From an uncultured Gemmatimonadota bacterium (GTDB lineage: Bacteria > SM23-81 > DAOVCL01): DNA of 64,000 nt. The notes beneath the pieces are model-generated. The model ran no database searches. It had not been told where the DNA came from and saw only the letters and a program-made list of their open reading frames with translations. Positions within the stretch are counted from its first letter, which is position 1, and every line of letters starts with the position of its first letter. Where the stretch lies: contig CAZVGK010000001.1 in NCBI GenBank assembly GCA_964626665.1, positions 156,708-220,707 of the forward strand. Direction: 5' to 3'. A program made the position numbers and the translations under genes. This document shows, piece after piece, positions 29,274 through 41,987 of this stretch.

Positions 29274-29893
29274 CCTTGAACCTTTCTGACAATGAGGTAG
29301 CTCTGGGGTGGCCCGGGAAGAGATCCCTTGATGGCCAATAGATTCTTTTCAGGGATGAGCTTAACTAAGACTGAATTGCGCACAGTTACCCTTCTCCCTC
29401 CAGTCTTCCCCGCCATCTTTGTCCCCTTATAGACCCGGGAGGGACTGGAGGAGGCACCGATGGAACCTGGCGCCCGATGCCTGTCTGACTGCCCATGAGT
29501 CTTTGGCCCTCCCCGAAAGCCATATTTTTTCACTACGCCCATAAACCCCTTCCCCTTGGATATTCCCACCACATCCACGGTCTCCCCTGGGGAAAAGATA
29601 TCCGCTTTTATCTCGGTTCCCACTTTCATCTCCTCCCCCCAGTCCTTAAATTCCCGCAATATCCGATAGCTGGTTACCCCGGCCCCTTTGAAATGGCCCA
29701 AGAGGGGTTTGGTTACCTTCTTCTCCTTGATGGGCTCAAAGCCCAATTGCAGGGCGCTGTAGTCGTCCCTCTCCGGGGTCTTTACCTGCACGACTTGGCA
29801 GGGGCCAGCCTCGACCAAGGTCACTGGTAGGGATTTTCCGTCCTCTCCGAAGATGGTGGTCATCCCCAATTTTTTGCCGATTATTCCCCTCAT
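29270..29893 (-). CDS. rplC: 50S ribosomal protein L3
   Basis: GKKLGMT, SKGKGFMG, HRAPGSIG. Confidence 0.98.
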   Translation of the reverse strand: MRGIIGKKLGMTTIFGEDGKSLPVTLVEAGPCQVVQVKTPERDDYSALQLGFEPIKEKKVTKPLLGHFKGAGVTSYRILREFKDWGEEMKVGTEIKADIFSPGETVDVVGISKGKGFMGVVKKYGFRGGPKTHGQSDRHRAPGSIGASSSPSRVYKGTKMAGKTGGRRVTVRNSVLVKLIPEKNLLAIKGSLPGPPQSYLIVRKVQG

Positions 29894-29896
29894 CGC

Positions 29897-30205
29897 TCAG
29901 ACTCTTATCTCCACATCCACTCCGGCAGGAAGGTCTAACCTCATCAAGGAGTCTACCGTCTGAGGAGTGGTATCTTCAATGTCTATAAGCCTTTTGTGGA
30001 TTCTGGTCTCAAATTGCTCCCGGGATTTTTTGTCCACATGGGGGGAGCGTAAAACAGTATAGATGGACCGCTTGGTGGGTAGAGGTATGGGACCTAAGAC
30101 CTTGGCCCCTGCCCTCTTAGCTGCCCTGACGATCTCACCGGTTGAGCGGTCAAGCATCACATGATCATAGGCTTTTAGCCTAATTCTTATCTTCTGGCCT
30201 GGCAC
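29897..30205 (-). CDS. rpsJ: 30S ribosomal protein S10
   Basis: [32 protein letters not shown]. Confidence 0.98.
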   Translation of the reverse strand: MPGQKIRIRLKAYDHVMLDRSTGEIVRAAKRAGAKVLGPIPLPTKRSIYTVLRSPHVDKKSREQFETRIHKRLIDIEDTTPQTVDSLMRLDLPAGVDVEIRV

Positions 30206-30247
30206 CTATTAACCTCCTCTTTCTTGAGACTGAAACTCATCAAGATA

Positions 30248-32140
30248 CTATTTGAGAAGCGCCATCTTTTTAGCAACTTTAACATCCCCAGCTTGGATTT
30301 TATAAAAATAAACCCCACTTGCCACCTCTTGCCCATTGTCGTCTCTTCCTCCCCAACAGATATTATACCGGCCGGCTCTTTGTCTCTCATCTACTAAGGT
30401 TTTAACCTTCTGTCCTAAGAGATTGTAAACAACCAAACTCACCTGGGCATCCATCGGAAGTTCATAGCCTATCTCGGTCTCCGGGTTGAAAGGATTGGGG
30501 AAATTCTGGGCCACAAAAAACTCCTTTGGCAATTTTTCGTCTTCATTGGGTTCTACAAACACTTCGACTGAGTAAGACGCCTCCATAACCCCCCAGATGT
30601 TATAGACCTCGATGGTTATTGTGCTGTCCCAAACTTCATCCATAGGATCTTCGTAACTAAAGGTGAAGCCTGTCACTTGGTCATTAGGCGGATAACCTCC
30701 AAAGTCAGTTGGATGAATGGTTATCCCATTATGTGTGGGGTTGTCGTCCCCACAGTTGTGTTGGTCATCATAGTCCACATACTTATCATAACTCCATCCT
30801 CCTGTGCCCGAGCCGTATACCCGCACCCTATTCAGATCAAGTTCGTTCCCAGGCACTGTCACCCAAAAAGAGGCTCTCGGCGAATGGGAGCTAACACCCC
30901 ATATGGTCATATTTTCAGTATCTGTATGGGGCAAAACATTCATCGGGTTCCTTAAGTAAGAAAAGGCGGTTCCACCCAGGTAATCCTCAGCATGTAAGTG
31001 ATCAAGCCCAATATGCCTAATCCCTCCAATTCTGGTCAGTCCAGCAAAAACACTATCTCCAAAATTTACACTGGGATTTACATGCACATATTCCATACGC
31101 TGATTTGGAATCACAGCATCTCTAATCCTAACCGACTGGCTGCCTATGTGATCAACAACACCGGTAAAAACAGCGTAAACATCATCCTCTGTCGCAGGAT
31201 TATCATCATCATCAATGTCAAGTCCGCCATGCCAATCAAAGGTAGTGTCATTCCCAGAGATTAGGATTCTCGGCCCAAAGGGACTGGTTAAACTATGAAG
31301 GGGTGTGGTGTTTCGAGACAAAGGCCAGTAATAATTCTCCGTTCTAATTCTCAGAATAACATCGTCAACAAATGCGCCTTTATGTGTCTGAGTGCCATCG
31401 CTTTCGAAAGCAAACGCTATCCAAACTTGAGGGTGACCACAAACATTACCTATGTCAGGGACATTGGTCAGATCGAAGTTTTCAAAGCGCCAGACATCCC
31501 CTCCATCGCCATAGGCCGCATAACCTGAGAAATTTGTGCCATCGATTGATGCAAGTCGAGAGAACATATCAGCTTCGTACATCGTACGACACCAATAATA
31601 AAAGTGCAGCTCCGCATCGGTGACGTTGCCAACACTAAGGTCGCAAGGACCCCAAATCATAAAGGTGAGAACATTATTGGCATAATCATCAAACTCTGGA
31701 TCAAGGCCATTTACCCCATCCCGGCAACACCATGCACTATATTTTCCTGAATGAGGATTATAGTCATCTTTACCCCATAAATGACCGGTGGGATTGCCTG
31801 TGTGCCCAACATCTCGGCGGCTCCAAGCATATCTGGGAAAAGACGATTCGAAATCTTCGGTCATAATGTTAACCCAATGTGGCAGAAGGAGGGCATCATT
31901 CCCATCTTTGATGTTTCCATTCTGGCTGTTTCCCATATGTATAATGCGTACACTTTCTGAAAGTTCTGAATTTTTGCCACAAGAAACCAATGCTTTATCT
32001 CCATCCAGCAATTGATAGTGAATCTTCTGCGAGCTGACAAATTCCCCGATTTCAACTTTAGCTAAAGCAACGGTAGCACCTATTAGAGGAAACCCTATTA
32101 TAAAAGAAGCACATATTCCTAATTTCCAATGAACCTGCAT
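30248..32140 (-). CDS. Secreted protein: jelly-roll/adhesin-like domain, M23-like metallopeptidase domain, C-terminal sorting domain
   Basis: Signal peptide; EDFE..F...GAFVDDV; WPL..LTSPFGPR, WHGGLDI (HxxxD), YVH, DHLH (HxH); QNFPNPFNPET. Confidence 0.78.
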   Translation of the reverse strand: MQVHWKLGICASFIIGFPLIGATVALAKVEIGEFVSSQKIHYQLLDGDKALVSCGKNSELSESVRIIHMGNSQNGNIKDGNDALLLPHWVNIMTEDFESSFPRYAWSRRDVGHTGNPTGHLWGKDDYNPHSGKYSAWCCRDGVNGLDPEFDDYANNVLTFMIWGPCDLSVGNVTDAELHFYYWCRTMYEADMFSRLASIDGTNFSGYAAYGDGGDVWRFENFDLTNVPDIGNVCGHPQVWIAFAFESDGTQTHKGAFVDDVILRIRTENYYWPLSRNTTPLHSLTSPFGPRILISGNDTTFDWHGGLDIDDDDNPATEDDVYAVFTGVVDHIGSQSVRIRDAVIPNQRMEYVHVNPSVNFGDSVFAGLTRIGGIRHIGLDHLHAEDYLGGTAFSYLRNPMNVLPHTDTENMTIWGVSSHSPRASFWVTVPGNELDLNRVRVYGSGTGGWSYDKYVDYDDQHNCGDDNPTHNGITIHPTDFGGYPPNDQVTGFTFSYEDPMDEVWDSTITIEVYNIWGVMEASYSVEVFVEPNEDEKLPKEFFVAQNFPNPFNPETEIGYELPMDAQVSLVVYNLLGQKVKTLVDERQRAGRYNICWGGRDDNGQEVASGVYFYKIQAGDVKVAKKMALLK

Positions 32141-32158
32141 AACTCCCCCTACTCTAAG

Positions 32159-33559
32159 TCAAAGACTAGCCTTAACTTTTTGAACCACTTTTCTTCCCCT
32201 ATCCAAAATGATGAAAGACCTCATCCCATTTTCGTAACTCATCATAGGGAGGATGCGAACTGTGTCATAAGACTTCTTGCATATTTCACCTGTTTCTAAA
32301 CTAAAGATAACGGCAACCTCCTCAAATTTTAAGCTAACTCTCTCCCTTCTGCGCATCGTAGTAACAAAGCTCTTGTTAATGGTAGATGCGCAACATTGAT
32401 GCCAATAACTATTCCAGTCTTTCCCTAAAACTTTTCTCCATCTTCTTTTTCCAGTAAGAAGATCAAAGATATCTATCGTAGATGGAGGCCCACTTTCGGC
32501 AAGGAGACTCTTAGAGTCGTCAATAAAACAGAACCAGTTTAATCCTCCTACTTTTTCTATCCGCCTTTCGGGCCCCATTGCTGCCTCTATCGTCACAAAG
32601 TCTTTGCTGTTCCACAATATATCCCCTTCATTGCTTAATACTACCAGTCTCCTCTCCCCGCCGCTTCTCTCTTCACCCGGAAGATTGGAATAGTCCACCG
32701 CAATGGCCATAAACTTCCCACTTTCACTCACCTCAAGTTGCGGTATTTCTGTTGGATTAAAAAACAATCTAAAGTGAAGGGGATCTCCTAATCTTTCACC
32801 AATATCAATTTCCCACTTCGTTTTTAAATTCTTTACATTAAAAAGAAGCAACTTGACATAAGGCCTTTCCAGGTTGTATCCCTTGAAATAGACGACTTCG
32901 CTGTCATTTAAAAATGTGGCCACCCAATTAAATTCCGTGCGTATAATTTTAGAACCTCTCTCAATGGATTCCTTCCCTTTGTCCCACCATAACTCCTCAC
33001 CAGTTCTATTATCAAAAACCCTGAAATATCCACCCCACCTTTCGACACCGCTTTTGTGAGTTGTTATGGCATAGTCACCTTTGGGCGATAAGGTGAGTCC
33101 TGGTGCAAAAAGAGGAGTCTCCCACTTGAGATTGCCATCCTTGTCGTAACTCTTCGTAATCACCCACTCACATCCGGCACGAGAATTTATGATTACTTCT
33201 CCCCCTTCCGCTGAGATCGACACATTATCCACTCCACCATAATATTCGCCACGTTCATCTGGCTTCAGGTCAAATCTCTTCTCCCACAAAATATTTCCAT
33301 TAGGCCCCAAATAGTAAACAACACTGCAAAGGCCTTCCCTCTTATCAAAAATATCTGTCAGAACAACTATGTTCTCATTGCCAACCTGGATGTCTCGTAT
33401 CTTGCCTCCAAATTCCCTTTCCCAAATCAGCTTTGAGTTGGGGAATAAGCCCTTTGCCGGCGATTCCGCTATGGCACTGCCTACCCACATCATCAACAAC
33501 GCCAATACAGAGAGAGCCAGAACCCTCAGGATTCCTTTTCTCAACACTTGCTTCCCCAT
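32159..33559 (-). CDS. Secreted PQQ-like beta-propeller protein
   Basis: Signal peptide; repeated G.ILW / GNLKW / TGEELWW / TGKRRW blade motifs. Confidence 0.7.
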   Translation of the reverse strand: MGKQVLRKGILRVLALSVLALLMMWVGSAIAESPAKGLFPNSKLIWEREFGGKIRDIQVGNENIVVLTDIFDKREGLCSVVYYLGPNGNILWEKRFDLKPDERGEYYGGVDNVSISAEGGEVIINSRAGCEWVITKSYDKDGNLKWETPLFAPGLTLSPKGDYAITTHKSGVERWGGYFRVFDNRTGEELWWDKGKESIERGSKIIRTEFNWVATFLNDSEVVYFKGYNLERPYVKLLLFNVKNLKTKWEIDIGERLGDPLHFRLFFNPTEIPQLEVSESGKFMAIAVDYSNLPGEERSGGERRLVVLSNEGDILWNSKDFVTIEAAMGPERRIEKVGGLNWFCFIDDSKSLLAESGPPSTIDIFDLLTGKRRWRKVLGKDWNSYWHQCCASTINKSFVTTMRRRERVSLKFEEVAVIFSLETGEICKKSYDTVRILPMMSYENGMRSFIILDRGRKVVQKVKASL

Positions 33560-33655
33560 TTTAAAGCCTCCAAATTAGAGATATACCCTCCCATAGTAAC
33601 CACCAAAATTTCTCCTAAACCTCACCCCTTTCCTTTGAGGAAAACAGAAATACTC

Positions 33656-34861
33656 CTATTTTATAACCTCTGCTACGACCCCTGCTCCCACGGTTCTTCC
33701 CCCCTCCCTGATGGCAAACCGTAGCTCCTTCTCCATCGCTATCGGCGTGATTAGCTCCCCCTCTATGGTCACATTATCCCCGGGCATGACCATCTCTACC
33801 CCCTCCGGTAGCTTTACCACCCCAGTCACATCCGTGGTGCGAAAATAAAACTGCGGCCTATACCCACCGAAGAAAGGTGTATGCCTACCCCCTTCCTCCT
33901 TCGTCAATACATAGACCTCACCCTTAAACTTGGTATGCGGGGTGATCGACCCCGGGGCTGCTATTACCATCCCCCTCTCTAACTCATCCCTGTTTACCCC
34001 CCGCAACAGCAAACCCACATTGTCCCCAGCCTCTGCCCGATCCAGGATCTTCCGAAACATCTCTACCCCAGTCACTACCGTCTTCTTCGTTTCCCTGATC
34101 CCTACCCTCTCCACCGCATTCCCTACCTTCACCGTCCCCCTCTCTACCCTCCCTGTCCCTACTGTCCCTCGCCCAGTAATGGAAAATACATCCTCCACAG
34201 ACAGCAAGAAGGGCTTATCCAAATCCCTCTTCGGCTGAGGTATATACTTGTCCACCGCATCCATTAGCTCATAGATGCTCTTGAAGGCCTCACTCTCCTT
34301 CACCTCAGGGTTGGCTGCTGCCTCCATCGCCCGCAGGGCACTTCCCCTGATCACCGGCACCTCATCCCCCGGGAAGCTATACTCCGTGAGCAACTCCCTG
34401 ACCTCTAACTCTACCAAATCCAATAGCTCAGGATCATCTACCTGATCTACCTTGTTCATATAGACTACTATATAGGGCACCCCTACCTGCCTGGCCAAAA
34501 GGATGTGCTCCCTGGTCTGGGGCATCGGCCCATCAGCAGCGGATACCACCAGGATGGCCCCATCCATCTGCGCCGCCCCGGTGATCATATTCTTCACATA
34601 ATCGGCATGCCCCGGACAGTCTATGTGCGCATAATGCCTGGCGGCGGTCTCATACTCCACATGGGCTATCGCTATGGTTAACCCCCGCTCCTTCTCCTCA
34701 GGAGCATTGTCTATAGAATCAAATGTCCGGGCCTCCGCCAGGCCCTTCCTATGCAAGATCATGGTAATCGCCGCGGTCAAAGTGGTCTTCCCATGATCCA
34801 CATGCCCAATAGTCCCTATGTTTATGTGCGGCTTCGTGCGCTCAAACTTCTTCTTCGCCAT
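33656..34861 (-). CDS. tuf: Elongation factor Tu (copy after fusA)
   Basis: [27 protein letters not shown]. Confidence 0.99.
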   Translation of the reverse strand: MAKKKFERTKPHINIGTIGHVDHGKTTLTAAITMILHRKGLAEARTFDSIDNAPEEKERGLTIAIAHVEYETAARHYAHIDCPGHADYVKNMITGAAQMDGAILVVSAADGPMPQTREHILLARQVGVPYIVVYMNKVDQVDDPELLDLVELEVRELLTEYSFPGDEVPVIRGSALRAMEAAANPEVKESEAFKSIYELMDAVDKYIPQPKRDLDKPFLLSVEDVFSITGRGTVGTGRVERGTVKVGNAVERVGIRETKKTVVTGVEMFRKILDRAEAGDNVGLLLRGVNRDELERGMVIAAPGSITPHTKFKGEVYVLTKEEGGRHTPFFGGYRPQFYFRTTDVTGVVKLPEGVEMVMPGDNVTIEGELITPIAMEKELRFAIREGGRTVGAGVVAEVIK

Positions 34862-34877
34862 CTATCTATTCCTCCTT

Positions 34878-36971
34878 TTAAAACCTTCTTCCCCTTAGCC
34901 GGGAGATGATCTCCTCGGCTATAGGTTTGGGAACCTTGGCATAACGGGAAAAATGCATTGAATGTAATGCCCTCCCCTGGGTAAGTGACCTGAGATCCGT
35001 GGCATAGCCAAACATCTCGGAAAGGGGAAGGCTGGCCTCTATCACTCGATTCTCCCCCCTAGTGGTAATTCCCTCTATCTTTCCCCTCTTGGAATTTAAA
35101 TTCCCCATTACATTGCCCAGATAGCTCTCCGGCACCACTACCTCCAAGGAGACGATGGGCTCTAAGAGAACAGGGGAGGCCCGCAAGGCTGCCTGGCGAA
35201 AGGCCATAGAGGCCGCTATCCTAAAGGCAAGCTCTGAGGAGTCCACATCATGATAGGAACCTCCAATCAGCTCAACCTCAACATCCTCTACTGGATAGCC
35301 GGCTAGAACCCCGTTGCGCATGGTTTCCTTCAATCCTTTCTCTGTGGCCTTAATGTATTCCTTGGGGATGAAAACCCCCTGGAGGGCAGTCTGAAAGGAA
35401 AATCCTTCCCCAGATTCCCGCGGGGAGAGCCTAATGATGACATGCCCATATTGGCCTCTTCCCCCGGTCTGTCTGATGAACTTCCCTTCCCCTTCCCCCA
35501 CTTGGATAATGGTCTCCCGGTAAGCCACCTGTGGATTTCCCACCCTGGCCCGCACCTTGAACTCCCTGAGCATCCGTTCGGTGATCACCTCCAAATGCAA
35601 CTCCCCCATACCCGAAATTATGGTCTGCCCCGTCTCCTTGTTCATCTCAACCGTAAAGGTGGGATCCTCCTCGCTTAACCTTCTGAGGGCCAAATCGAGC
35701 TGATCCTGATCGGCTTTTGTGCGAGGCTCTATGGCCACGGAGATGACCGGCTTGGGAAATTCCATCTTCTCCAGGAGGATGGGGCGCTCCACAGCGGAGA
35801 GGGTGTCTCCGGTAGTGACCTTTTTGAGGCCTACTAAGGCGGCAATCTCTCCGGCGACAAGCTCCTGGCGGTCCTGACTTCGATTTGCATGCATCAGGAG
35901 AATCCTTCCTACCCTCTCTCGTTTACCAGTGGAGACATTGAGAACCACTGAACCGGCTTTTAACCTCCCCGAATATGACCGCACAAAGGCCAACTTCCCC
36001 GCCTGGGTGCCTGCCATTATCTTAAAGACTAAAGCGGAAAAGGGCTCATTTGGGGAGGCCTTCCTTTGCTCTTCCTCTTCCGTGTAGGGGTTTGTCCCGG
36101 TTACCGGCGGCATATCAAGGGGGGAGGGAAGATAATCAACTATACCATCCAAGAGCCTCTGTACCCCTTGATTTCTGAAAGCTGCCCCACAGAGCACGGG
36201 AATGATCTCCCCCTTTAAAGTGGCCTTCCTCAGAGGAGAGATGATTTCGTTGGCCTTGATTTCCTCCCCCTCTAGGAATTTCTCCAAGAGCCGATCATCG
36301 TATTCGGAGAGGGCTTCCAGCAGGTTTTCCCGTGATTGGACCGCGGCTTCCCTTAGCTCGGGGGGAATGGGAAGATCATCGTAGGTGGCCCCCAAATTCT
36401 CCTGGTGATAAAAGCGGGCGGTCATCGTGACCAAATCCACCATTCCCCGAAAGGAATCTCCCTGGCCTATGGGAATTTGGGTGGGAATCGCATTAGCCCT
36501 AAGTCTTTCCCTGATCATCTCCACTGCCTTTTCGAAGTCTGTCCCCACCCTGTCTAACTTGTTGATAAAGACGATGCGAGGGACCTTGTACTTGTTGGCC
36601 TGCCTCCAAACGGTCTCCGACTGGGGCTCCACTCCGGCCACACCACAGAAGATGATTATTGCTCCATCTAGAATTCTCAGAGAACGTTCTACTTCAACTG
36701 TAAAATCAACATGCCCAGGCGTGTCGATAATGTTTATCCGATGGCCATTCCAGAAGCAGGTGGTGGCTGCAGAGGTAATAGTAATTCCCCGCTGTTTCTC
36801 CTGTTCCATCCAATCCATAGTGGCCGCCCCATCGTCTACCTCCCCCATCCTGTGCACTTTCCCGGTGTAGTAGAGGATCCTCTCGGTGGTCGTCGTCTTC
36901 CCCGCATCTATATGGGCCATCAATCCTATATTGCGTGTCTTTTCTAAGGGGTAATTCCTTATCTGCTCCAT
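34878..36971 (-). CDS. fusA: Elongation factor G
   Basis: [37 protein letters not shown]. Confidence 0.98.
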   Translation of the reverse strand: MEQIRNYPLEKTRNIGLMAHIDAGKTTTTERILYYTGKVHRMGEVDDGAATMDWMEQEKQRGITITSAATTCFWNGHRINIIDTPGHVDFTVEVERSLRILDGAIIIFCGVAGVEPQSETVWRQANKYKVPRIVFINKLDRVGTDFEKAVEMIRERLRANAIPTQIPIGQGDSFRGMVDLVTMTARFYHQENLGATYDDLPIPPELREAAVQSRENLLEALSEYDDRLLEKFLEGEEIKANEIISPLRKATLKGEIIPVLCGAAFRNQGVQRLLDGIVDYLPSPLDMPPVTGTNPYTEEEEQRKASPNEPFSALVFKIMAGTQAGKLAFVRSYSGRLKAGSVVLNVSTGKRERVGRILLMHANRSQDRQELVAGEIAALVGLKKVTTGDTLSAVERPILLEKMEFPKPVISVAIEPRTKADQDQLDLALRRLSEEDPTFTVEMNKETGQTIISGMGELHLEVITERMLREFKVRARVGNPQVAYRETIIQVGEGEGKFIRQTGGRGQYGHVIIRLSPRESGEGFSFQTALQGVFIPKEYIKATEKGLKETMRNGVLAGYPVEDVEVELIGGSYHDVDSSELAFRIAASMAFRQAALRASPVLLEPIVSLEVVVPESYLGNVMGNLNSKRGKIEGITTRGENRVIEASLPLSEMFGYATDLRSLTQGRALHSMHFSRYAKVPKPIAEEIISRLRGRRF

Positions 36972-37005
36972 AAATTGCCTCGAAAATCAGGGCGCCCTCC
37001 ATTCC

Positions 37006-37476
37006 TTACCACCTGTAATGGGCAAAGGCCCTATTAGCCTCAGCCATTTTGTGAGTAACCTCTTTTTTCTTGATGGCTCCTCCCTCCCCGCGGAAGGCGG
37101 CCACCAACTCTGCAGCCAACTTCTCAGCCATGCTCTTCCCCGGACGCTCCTGGGCATAGGAGATCAGCCATCTAATGGCCAACGCCGTCCGCCGTTGGGG
37201 CCTTACTTCGATGGGGACCTGATAGGTGGCCCCACCAACCCGGCGGGACTTTACCTCTAAAACCGGTTTGACATTGTTCAAGGCCTTATTAAAGATGTCC
37301 AATCCCCTTTCCCCCCCCTTCTCCTGAGCCAGATCCAATGCCCGATAGAGTATCCTCTCCGCCAATCCCCGCTTCCCTCCCTCCATCAGACAGTTGATGA
37401 ACTTGTTGACCAAAGAGTTGTTGTATTTGGGATCGGGAGCTATCTCCCTCTTGGTTACCTTTCTCCTTCTGGGCAT
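37006..37476 (-). CDS. rpsG: 30S ribosomal protein S7
   Basis: [27 protein letters not shown]. Confidence 0.99.
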   Translation of the reverse strand: MPRRRKVTKREIAPDPKYNNSLVNKFINCLMEGGKRGLAERILYRALDLAQEKGGERGLDIFNKALNNVKPVLEVKSRRVGGATYQVPIEVRPQRRTALAIRWLISYAQERPGKSMAEKLAAELVAAFRGEGGAIKKKEVTHKMAEANRAFAHYRW

Positions 37477-37482
37477 GGCAGT

Positions 37483-37854
37483 TTATTTTCCCCTCTTTGT
37501 CCCGTATTTAGATCTTCCCTGTTTTCTATCCTCTACCCCACTGGTGTCCAGGGTACCCCGGATAATATGGTACCTGATGCCGGGTAGATCCTTGACCCTT
37601 CCTCCCCTTACCAGGACAATGGAGTGTTCTTGGAGGTTATGCCCTTCACCCGGTATATAAGCGGTTACCTCCACCCCTGAGGTTAGCCTAACCCTGGCTA
37701 CCTTTCGTAGGGCGGAGTTTGGCTTTTTGGGGGTAGAGGTATAGACCCTGGTACAAACTCCTCTTCGCTGAGGGGAACCCTTGAGACCAGGCATGACCCC
37801 CTTTGTCCGGCTCCTCGCTCTGCCTTTTCTAATCATTTGGTTGATAGTGGGCAC
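37483..37854 (-). CDS. rpsL: 30S ribosomal protein S12
   Basis: [23 protein letters not shown]. Confidence 0.99.
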   Translation of the reverse strand: MPTINQMIRKGRARSRTKGVMPGLKGSPQRRGVCTRVYTSTPKKPNSALRKVARVRLTSGVEVTAYIPGEGHNLQEHSIVLVRGGRVKDLPGIRYHIIRGTLDTSGVEDRKQGRSKYGTKRGK

Positions 37855-37919
37855 ATCTCCTCCTTAAGAATTTAAAAATGGGGTATAAAAGTTTCAATGT
37901 AATAATAAAATTTTCGGAG

Positions 37920-40900
37920 TCAAGCTTTTTCTACCAACTCCAAATTATTTTCCTCCCCTTTCTCCCTTCTTTGATTCACCCGGAGCTTTCTGTATCTCTC
38001 CAGCCCGGTCCCTGCAGGGATGAGATGGCCCATAATGACATTCTCCTTAAGGCCTAAAAGCTCGTCCCTTTTCCCCATAATTGCCGCTTTAGAGAGGACC
38101 CTGGTCGTCTCCTGAAAGGAGGCAGCGGAGACGAAGCTATCTGTGCTTAAGGCTGCCTTTGTTATCCCTAAGAGGAGGGGTTGGAAGGTCGCCGGTTCCC
38201 CACCTTCCTTCATTACCCGAGCGTTCTCCTCCTGGAACCTGAACTTGTCCACCTGTTCCCCCTCCAAGAATTCGGTATCCCCTGGATCCTCCACCTTAAT
38301 CTTACGGAGCATCTGTCTCACGATGACCTCCACATGCTTGTCATTTATTCTCACCCCTTGCAGCCTGTACACCTCCTGGACCTCATTGACCAGGTATTCT
38401 TGCACCGCCTTTGATCCCTTTATTCTGAGGATATCTCGGGGATCGATGGGGCCCTCGCAGAGCTTCTCACCGGCCTTAACCCGGTCCCCCTCATGCACCC
38501 GGAAGTGTTTCCCTAGGGGGATTAGATACTCCTTCACCTCCTCATTCTCTCCCTCTACCAGCACCTGTCTGGCTCCCCTGATGAGCTTGCCAAACTTTAC
38601 TCTTCCATCAATCTCACTGACCACTGCTGGGTTCTTGGGGTGGCGGGCCTCGAAGAGCTCGGCCACCCGGGGGAGGCCGCCGGTAATGTCCCTGGTCTTG
38701 CTGATCTCCTTGGGGATCTTGACCAGAGGGTCCCCGGCTCCCACCATACCCTCATCGTTGACCATCAGATGGGACCCCGTGGGAACAGAATAGCTGGCTA
38801 TGCTCTTTCCGCTCTTGTCTAAGATGGCGATATAGGGGTGTAACAGCTTTTCCCTGTCCTCGACCACCACCTTTTGGCGGAGGCCAGTGGTCTCATCCAG
38901 CTCTTCCTTGACGGTAATGCCCCGCACCAGGTCGGAGAAGGAGACCTTTCCTCCCTTTTCGACGAGGATAGAGATAGAATATGGATCCCATTCAAAGAGG
39001 GTGTCTCCCCTCTTTACCCTTTCTCCATCCTTAACCCGTAAGATGGCTCCATAGGGGAGGGAATATTTGCCCCTTTCCCTGCCCTCCTCGTCCAGGAGAT
39101 ATATCTCCCCCTGACGGTTAAGGACGACCAGTCCCCCTTCCCTCTCCACTAAGTCAAGGTTTTTAAATCTAATTTGGGCGTCCAGTTTGGCCGACATCTT
39201 GGACTGGGCCGCTATTCTCCCGGCAGTTCCCCCTATATGAAATGTTCTCAAGGTGAGCTGGGTTCCAGGCTCGCCAATGCTCTGGGCAGCCATTACCCCC
39301 ACTGCTTCGCCCAATTCCGCCATTCTCCCCGTGGCTAAGTTGCGACCGTAACATTTGGCACACACCCCCTTGTGGGCCTCACAGGTGAGGACCGACCTGA
39401 TCATCAGCGATTCTATGCCGTTCTCCTCGATGATGGTTGCCTTTTCCTCGTCGATTTCCTCTCCAGCCTTTACTAAGAGCTCGTCGGTCAGTGGACTGTA
39501 GACATCCTCCAGGGCTACTCTCCCCAATATCCTATCCTTTAAGGATTCGATTACCTCCTCCGCCTCCTTCAGGGCGGAGATCTCTAAGCCCAAGATGGTG
39601 CCACAGTCCTCCTCGGTGATGATTACATCCTGGGCCACATCGACCAGCCTTCTGGTGAGATAGCCGGCATCAGCGGTTTTCAGGGCCGTATCTGCCAATC
39701 CCTTCCGGGCGCCATGGGTGGAGACGAAGAACTCCAATACAGAGAGCCCCTCCTTGAAGTTTGAGGTTATAGGTGACTCGATTATCTCCCCCACGCCACC
39801 GGTGATCTTCCTCTGGGGTTTGGTCATCAGACCCCTCATTCCGGAGAGCTGCCTAATCTGATCCTGGCTGCCCCGGGCCCCGGATTCGGCCATCATAAAG
39901 ATGGGGTTAAAGCCACCTTGGTCCTTTTCCATCTCCTTGAGCATGACCGCGGCCACCTCATTGGTGGTGCGCGTCCAGATATCGATGACCTTGTTATACC
40001 TTTCCCCATCCGTAATTATCCCCTTTTCATACTGCTTTTGGATTTGCTCCACCTTCTGGAAGGCCTGAGCAACCAACTCCTTCTTCTGGGGGGGAATGAC
40101 GAAGTCATCGATCCCCACGGTGAGACCGCTGCGGGTGGCGTAATCGAAGCCCATCTGTTTCACTTTGTCCAGGAAACCAGTAGTTTTCTTGTTTCCCAAT
40201 AACCTATGGATCTGATAGACGATCTCCTCCATCTCCTTTTTATTCAAACACTTGTTAATATAACCCAACTCGGGGGGAACTATCTCATTGAAGATCACCC
40301 TTCCAGGGGTGGTCTCTATTATTTGAGAATCTATCCTTAGCTTGATCTTTGTGTGTAACCCTAACTGGCCGGCATCGAGGGCCACCAAAGCCTCGTCCGG
40401 ATTGGAGAAGGCTCTTGGCTTCACCTGCTCATTAGGACTCTCTTTGGTCAGGTAGTGCAGGCCTAAAACCATATCCTGGCTAGGGATGGCCAGGGGCCTT
40501 CCATTGGCGGGGGAAAGGATGTTGTTTACCGAATTCATCAGCACAGCCGCCTCCAATTGGGCCTCAAAGCTCAGGGGTACATGGACGGCCATTTGATCCC
40601 CATCGAAATCGGCATTAAATGCTGCGCAGACCAAGGGGTGGAGCTTGATGGCCTTCCCCTCCACCAGCACGGGTTGAAACCCTTGAATGCCCAAGCGATG
40701 TAAGGTGGGAGCCCGATTTAGCAGGATGGGGTGATTCTCGATGATCTCCTCTAATGTATCCCAAACCTGGGGATGTTCCCTCTCCACCAGCCTCTTGGCG
40801 CTCTTAATGGTTTGGACCAGTCCCTTCTCCTCTAATTTGCTGATGATGAATGGTTTAAACAGCTCTAAGGCCATCGTTTTGGGTAATCCGCACTGGTGGA

Positions 40901-41975
40901 GCTTTAGTTTAGGGCCGATGACGATCACCGAACGACCGGAGTAGTCAACCCTTTTGCCCAACAGGTTTTGGCGGAACCTCCCCCTCTTTCCCTTTAAAAG
41001 ATCGGAGAGGGAACGCAAAGGCCTCTTAGATCTTCCCCTTACTGATGATGCCCGCCTGCCGTTATCTAAGAGGGCATCCACCGCTTCCTGTAACATCCTC
41101 TTCTCATTCTTCAGGATCACCGAAGGGGCCCTCATCTCGATCAATTTCTTTAGCCGGTTATTCCTGTTGATCACCCGGCGATAAAGATCGTTGAGGTCGC
41201 TGGTGGCAAACCTTCCTCCCTCCAAGGGGACAAGGGGCCTCAAGTCAGGCGGAATGACCGGAAGGACCTCCAGCATCATCCATTCAGGCCGATTAACCGA
41301 TTGCCTGAAGGCCTCCACAACCCGTAATCTTTTTAGAAGGGATTTCTTCTGCTGTTCAGAGGTCTCTACCTTTAGCTTGGCCCGTAGCTCCGCAGAGAGC
41401 TCCACCACATCAATTTTGCTTAAGAGGTCCTTTATAGCTTCCCCTCCCATCTTGGCTACACACTCTTTCCCCTCCTCCTGCAACTCCACCCATTCTGCCT
41501 CTGAAAGGAGCTCCTTTGGCTTGGCACCACTGTCTCCTGGCTCAATGACTACATAGGACTCGTAATAAAGCACCCTCTCCAATTCCCTAATGGACATATC
41601 CAGGAGATGGCCTATATAACTGGGCACGGACTTGAAATACCAGATATGGGAAACGGGCACGGCCAGCTCTATATGCCCCATCCTCTCCCTTCTCACCTTG
41701 GAGAGGGTTACCTCCACTCCGCAGCGATCGCAGATTACCCCCTTGTATCTGGCCCGCTTATATTTGCCACAATGGCACTCAAAATCCTTCACCGGGCCGA
41801 ATATCCGCTCGCAGAAGAGACCATCCCTCTCCGGCTTGAAGGTGCGATAGTTTATCGTCTCCGGACTGGTTACCTCCCCATAGGACCAGCTTCTTATCGT
41901 CTCCGGGGAGGCCAAGCCTATCCTGATGGCCGAAAAGTCCGTGGGTTTCTTGGGCTCTGGCTGGGCAAATTCCAC
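37920..41975 (-). CDS. rpoC: RNA polymerase beta-prime subunit
   Basis: [33 protein letters not shown]. Confidence 0.99.
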   Translation of the reverse strand: MEFAQPEPKKPTDFSAIRIGLASPETIRSWSYGEVTSPETINYRTFKPERDGLFCERIFGPVKDFECHCGKYKRARYKGVICDRCGVEVTLSKVRRERMGHIELAVPVSHIWYFKSVPSYIGHLLDMSIRELERVLYYESYVVIEPGDSGAKPKELLSEAEWVELQEEGKECVAKMGGEAIKDLLSKIDVVELSAELRAKLKVETSEQQKKSLLKRLRVVEAFRQSVNRPEWMMLEVLPVIPPDLRPLVPLEGGRFATSDLNDLYRRVINRNNRLKKLIEMRAPSVILKNEKRMLQEAVDALLDNGRRASSVRGRSKRPLRSLSDLLKGKRGRFRQNLLGKRVDYSGRSVIVIGPKLKLHQCGLPKTMALELFKPFIISKLEEKGLVQTIKSAKRLVEREHPQVWDTLEEIIENHPILLNRAPTLHRLGIQGFQPVLVEGKAIKLHPLVCAAFNADFDGDQMAVHVPLSFEAQLEAAVLMNSVNNILSPANGRPLAIPSQDMVLGLHYLTKESPNEQVKPRAFSNPDEALVALDAGQLGLHTKIKLRIDSQIIETTPGRVIFNEIVPPELGYINKCLNKKEMEEIVYQIHRLLGNKKTTGFLDKVKQMGFDYATRSGLTVGIDDFVIPPQKKELVAQAFQKVEQIQKQYEKGIITDGERYNKVIDIWTRTTNEVAAVMLKEMEKDQGGFNPIFMMAESGARGSQDQIRQLSGMRGLMTKPQRKITGGVGEIIESPITSNFKEGLSVLEFFVSTHGARKGLADTALKTADAGYLTRRLVDVAQDVIITEEDCGTILGLEISALKEAEEVIESLKDRILGRVALEDVYSPLTDELLVKAGEEIDEEKATIIEENGIESLMIRSVLTCEAHKGVCAKCYGRNLATGRMAELGEAVGVMAAQSIGEPGTQLTLRTFHIGGTAGRIAAQSKMSAKLDAQIRFKNLDLVEREGGLVVLNRQGEIYLLDEEGRERGKYSLPYGAILRVKDGERVKRGDTLFEWDPYSISILVEKGGKVSFSDLVRGITVKEELDETTGLRQKVVVEDREKLLHPYIAILDKSGKSIASYSVPTGSHLMVNDEGMVGAGDPLVKIPKEISKTRDITGGLPRVAELFEARHPKNPAVVSEIDGRVKFGKLIRGARQVLVEGENEEVKEYLIPLGKHFRVHEGDRVKAGEKLCEGPIDPRDILRIKGSKAVQEYLVNEVQEVYRLQGVRINDKHVEVIVRQMLRKIKVEDPGDTEFLEGEQVDKFRFQEENARVMKEGGEPATFQPLLLGITKAALSTDSFVSAASFQETTRVLSKAAIMGKRDELLGLKENVIMGHLIPAGTGLERYRKLRVNQRREKGEENNLELVEKA

Positions 41976-41987
41976 TAAGCTCGCCTC

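Noticed and set aside
37869-37897. TTGAAA-17-TAAATT promoter before rpsL
   Set aside because: Plausible, but the start site would fall within the ribosome-binding site; not supportable without TSS data.
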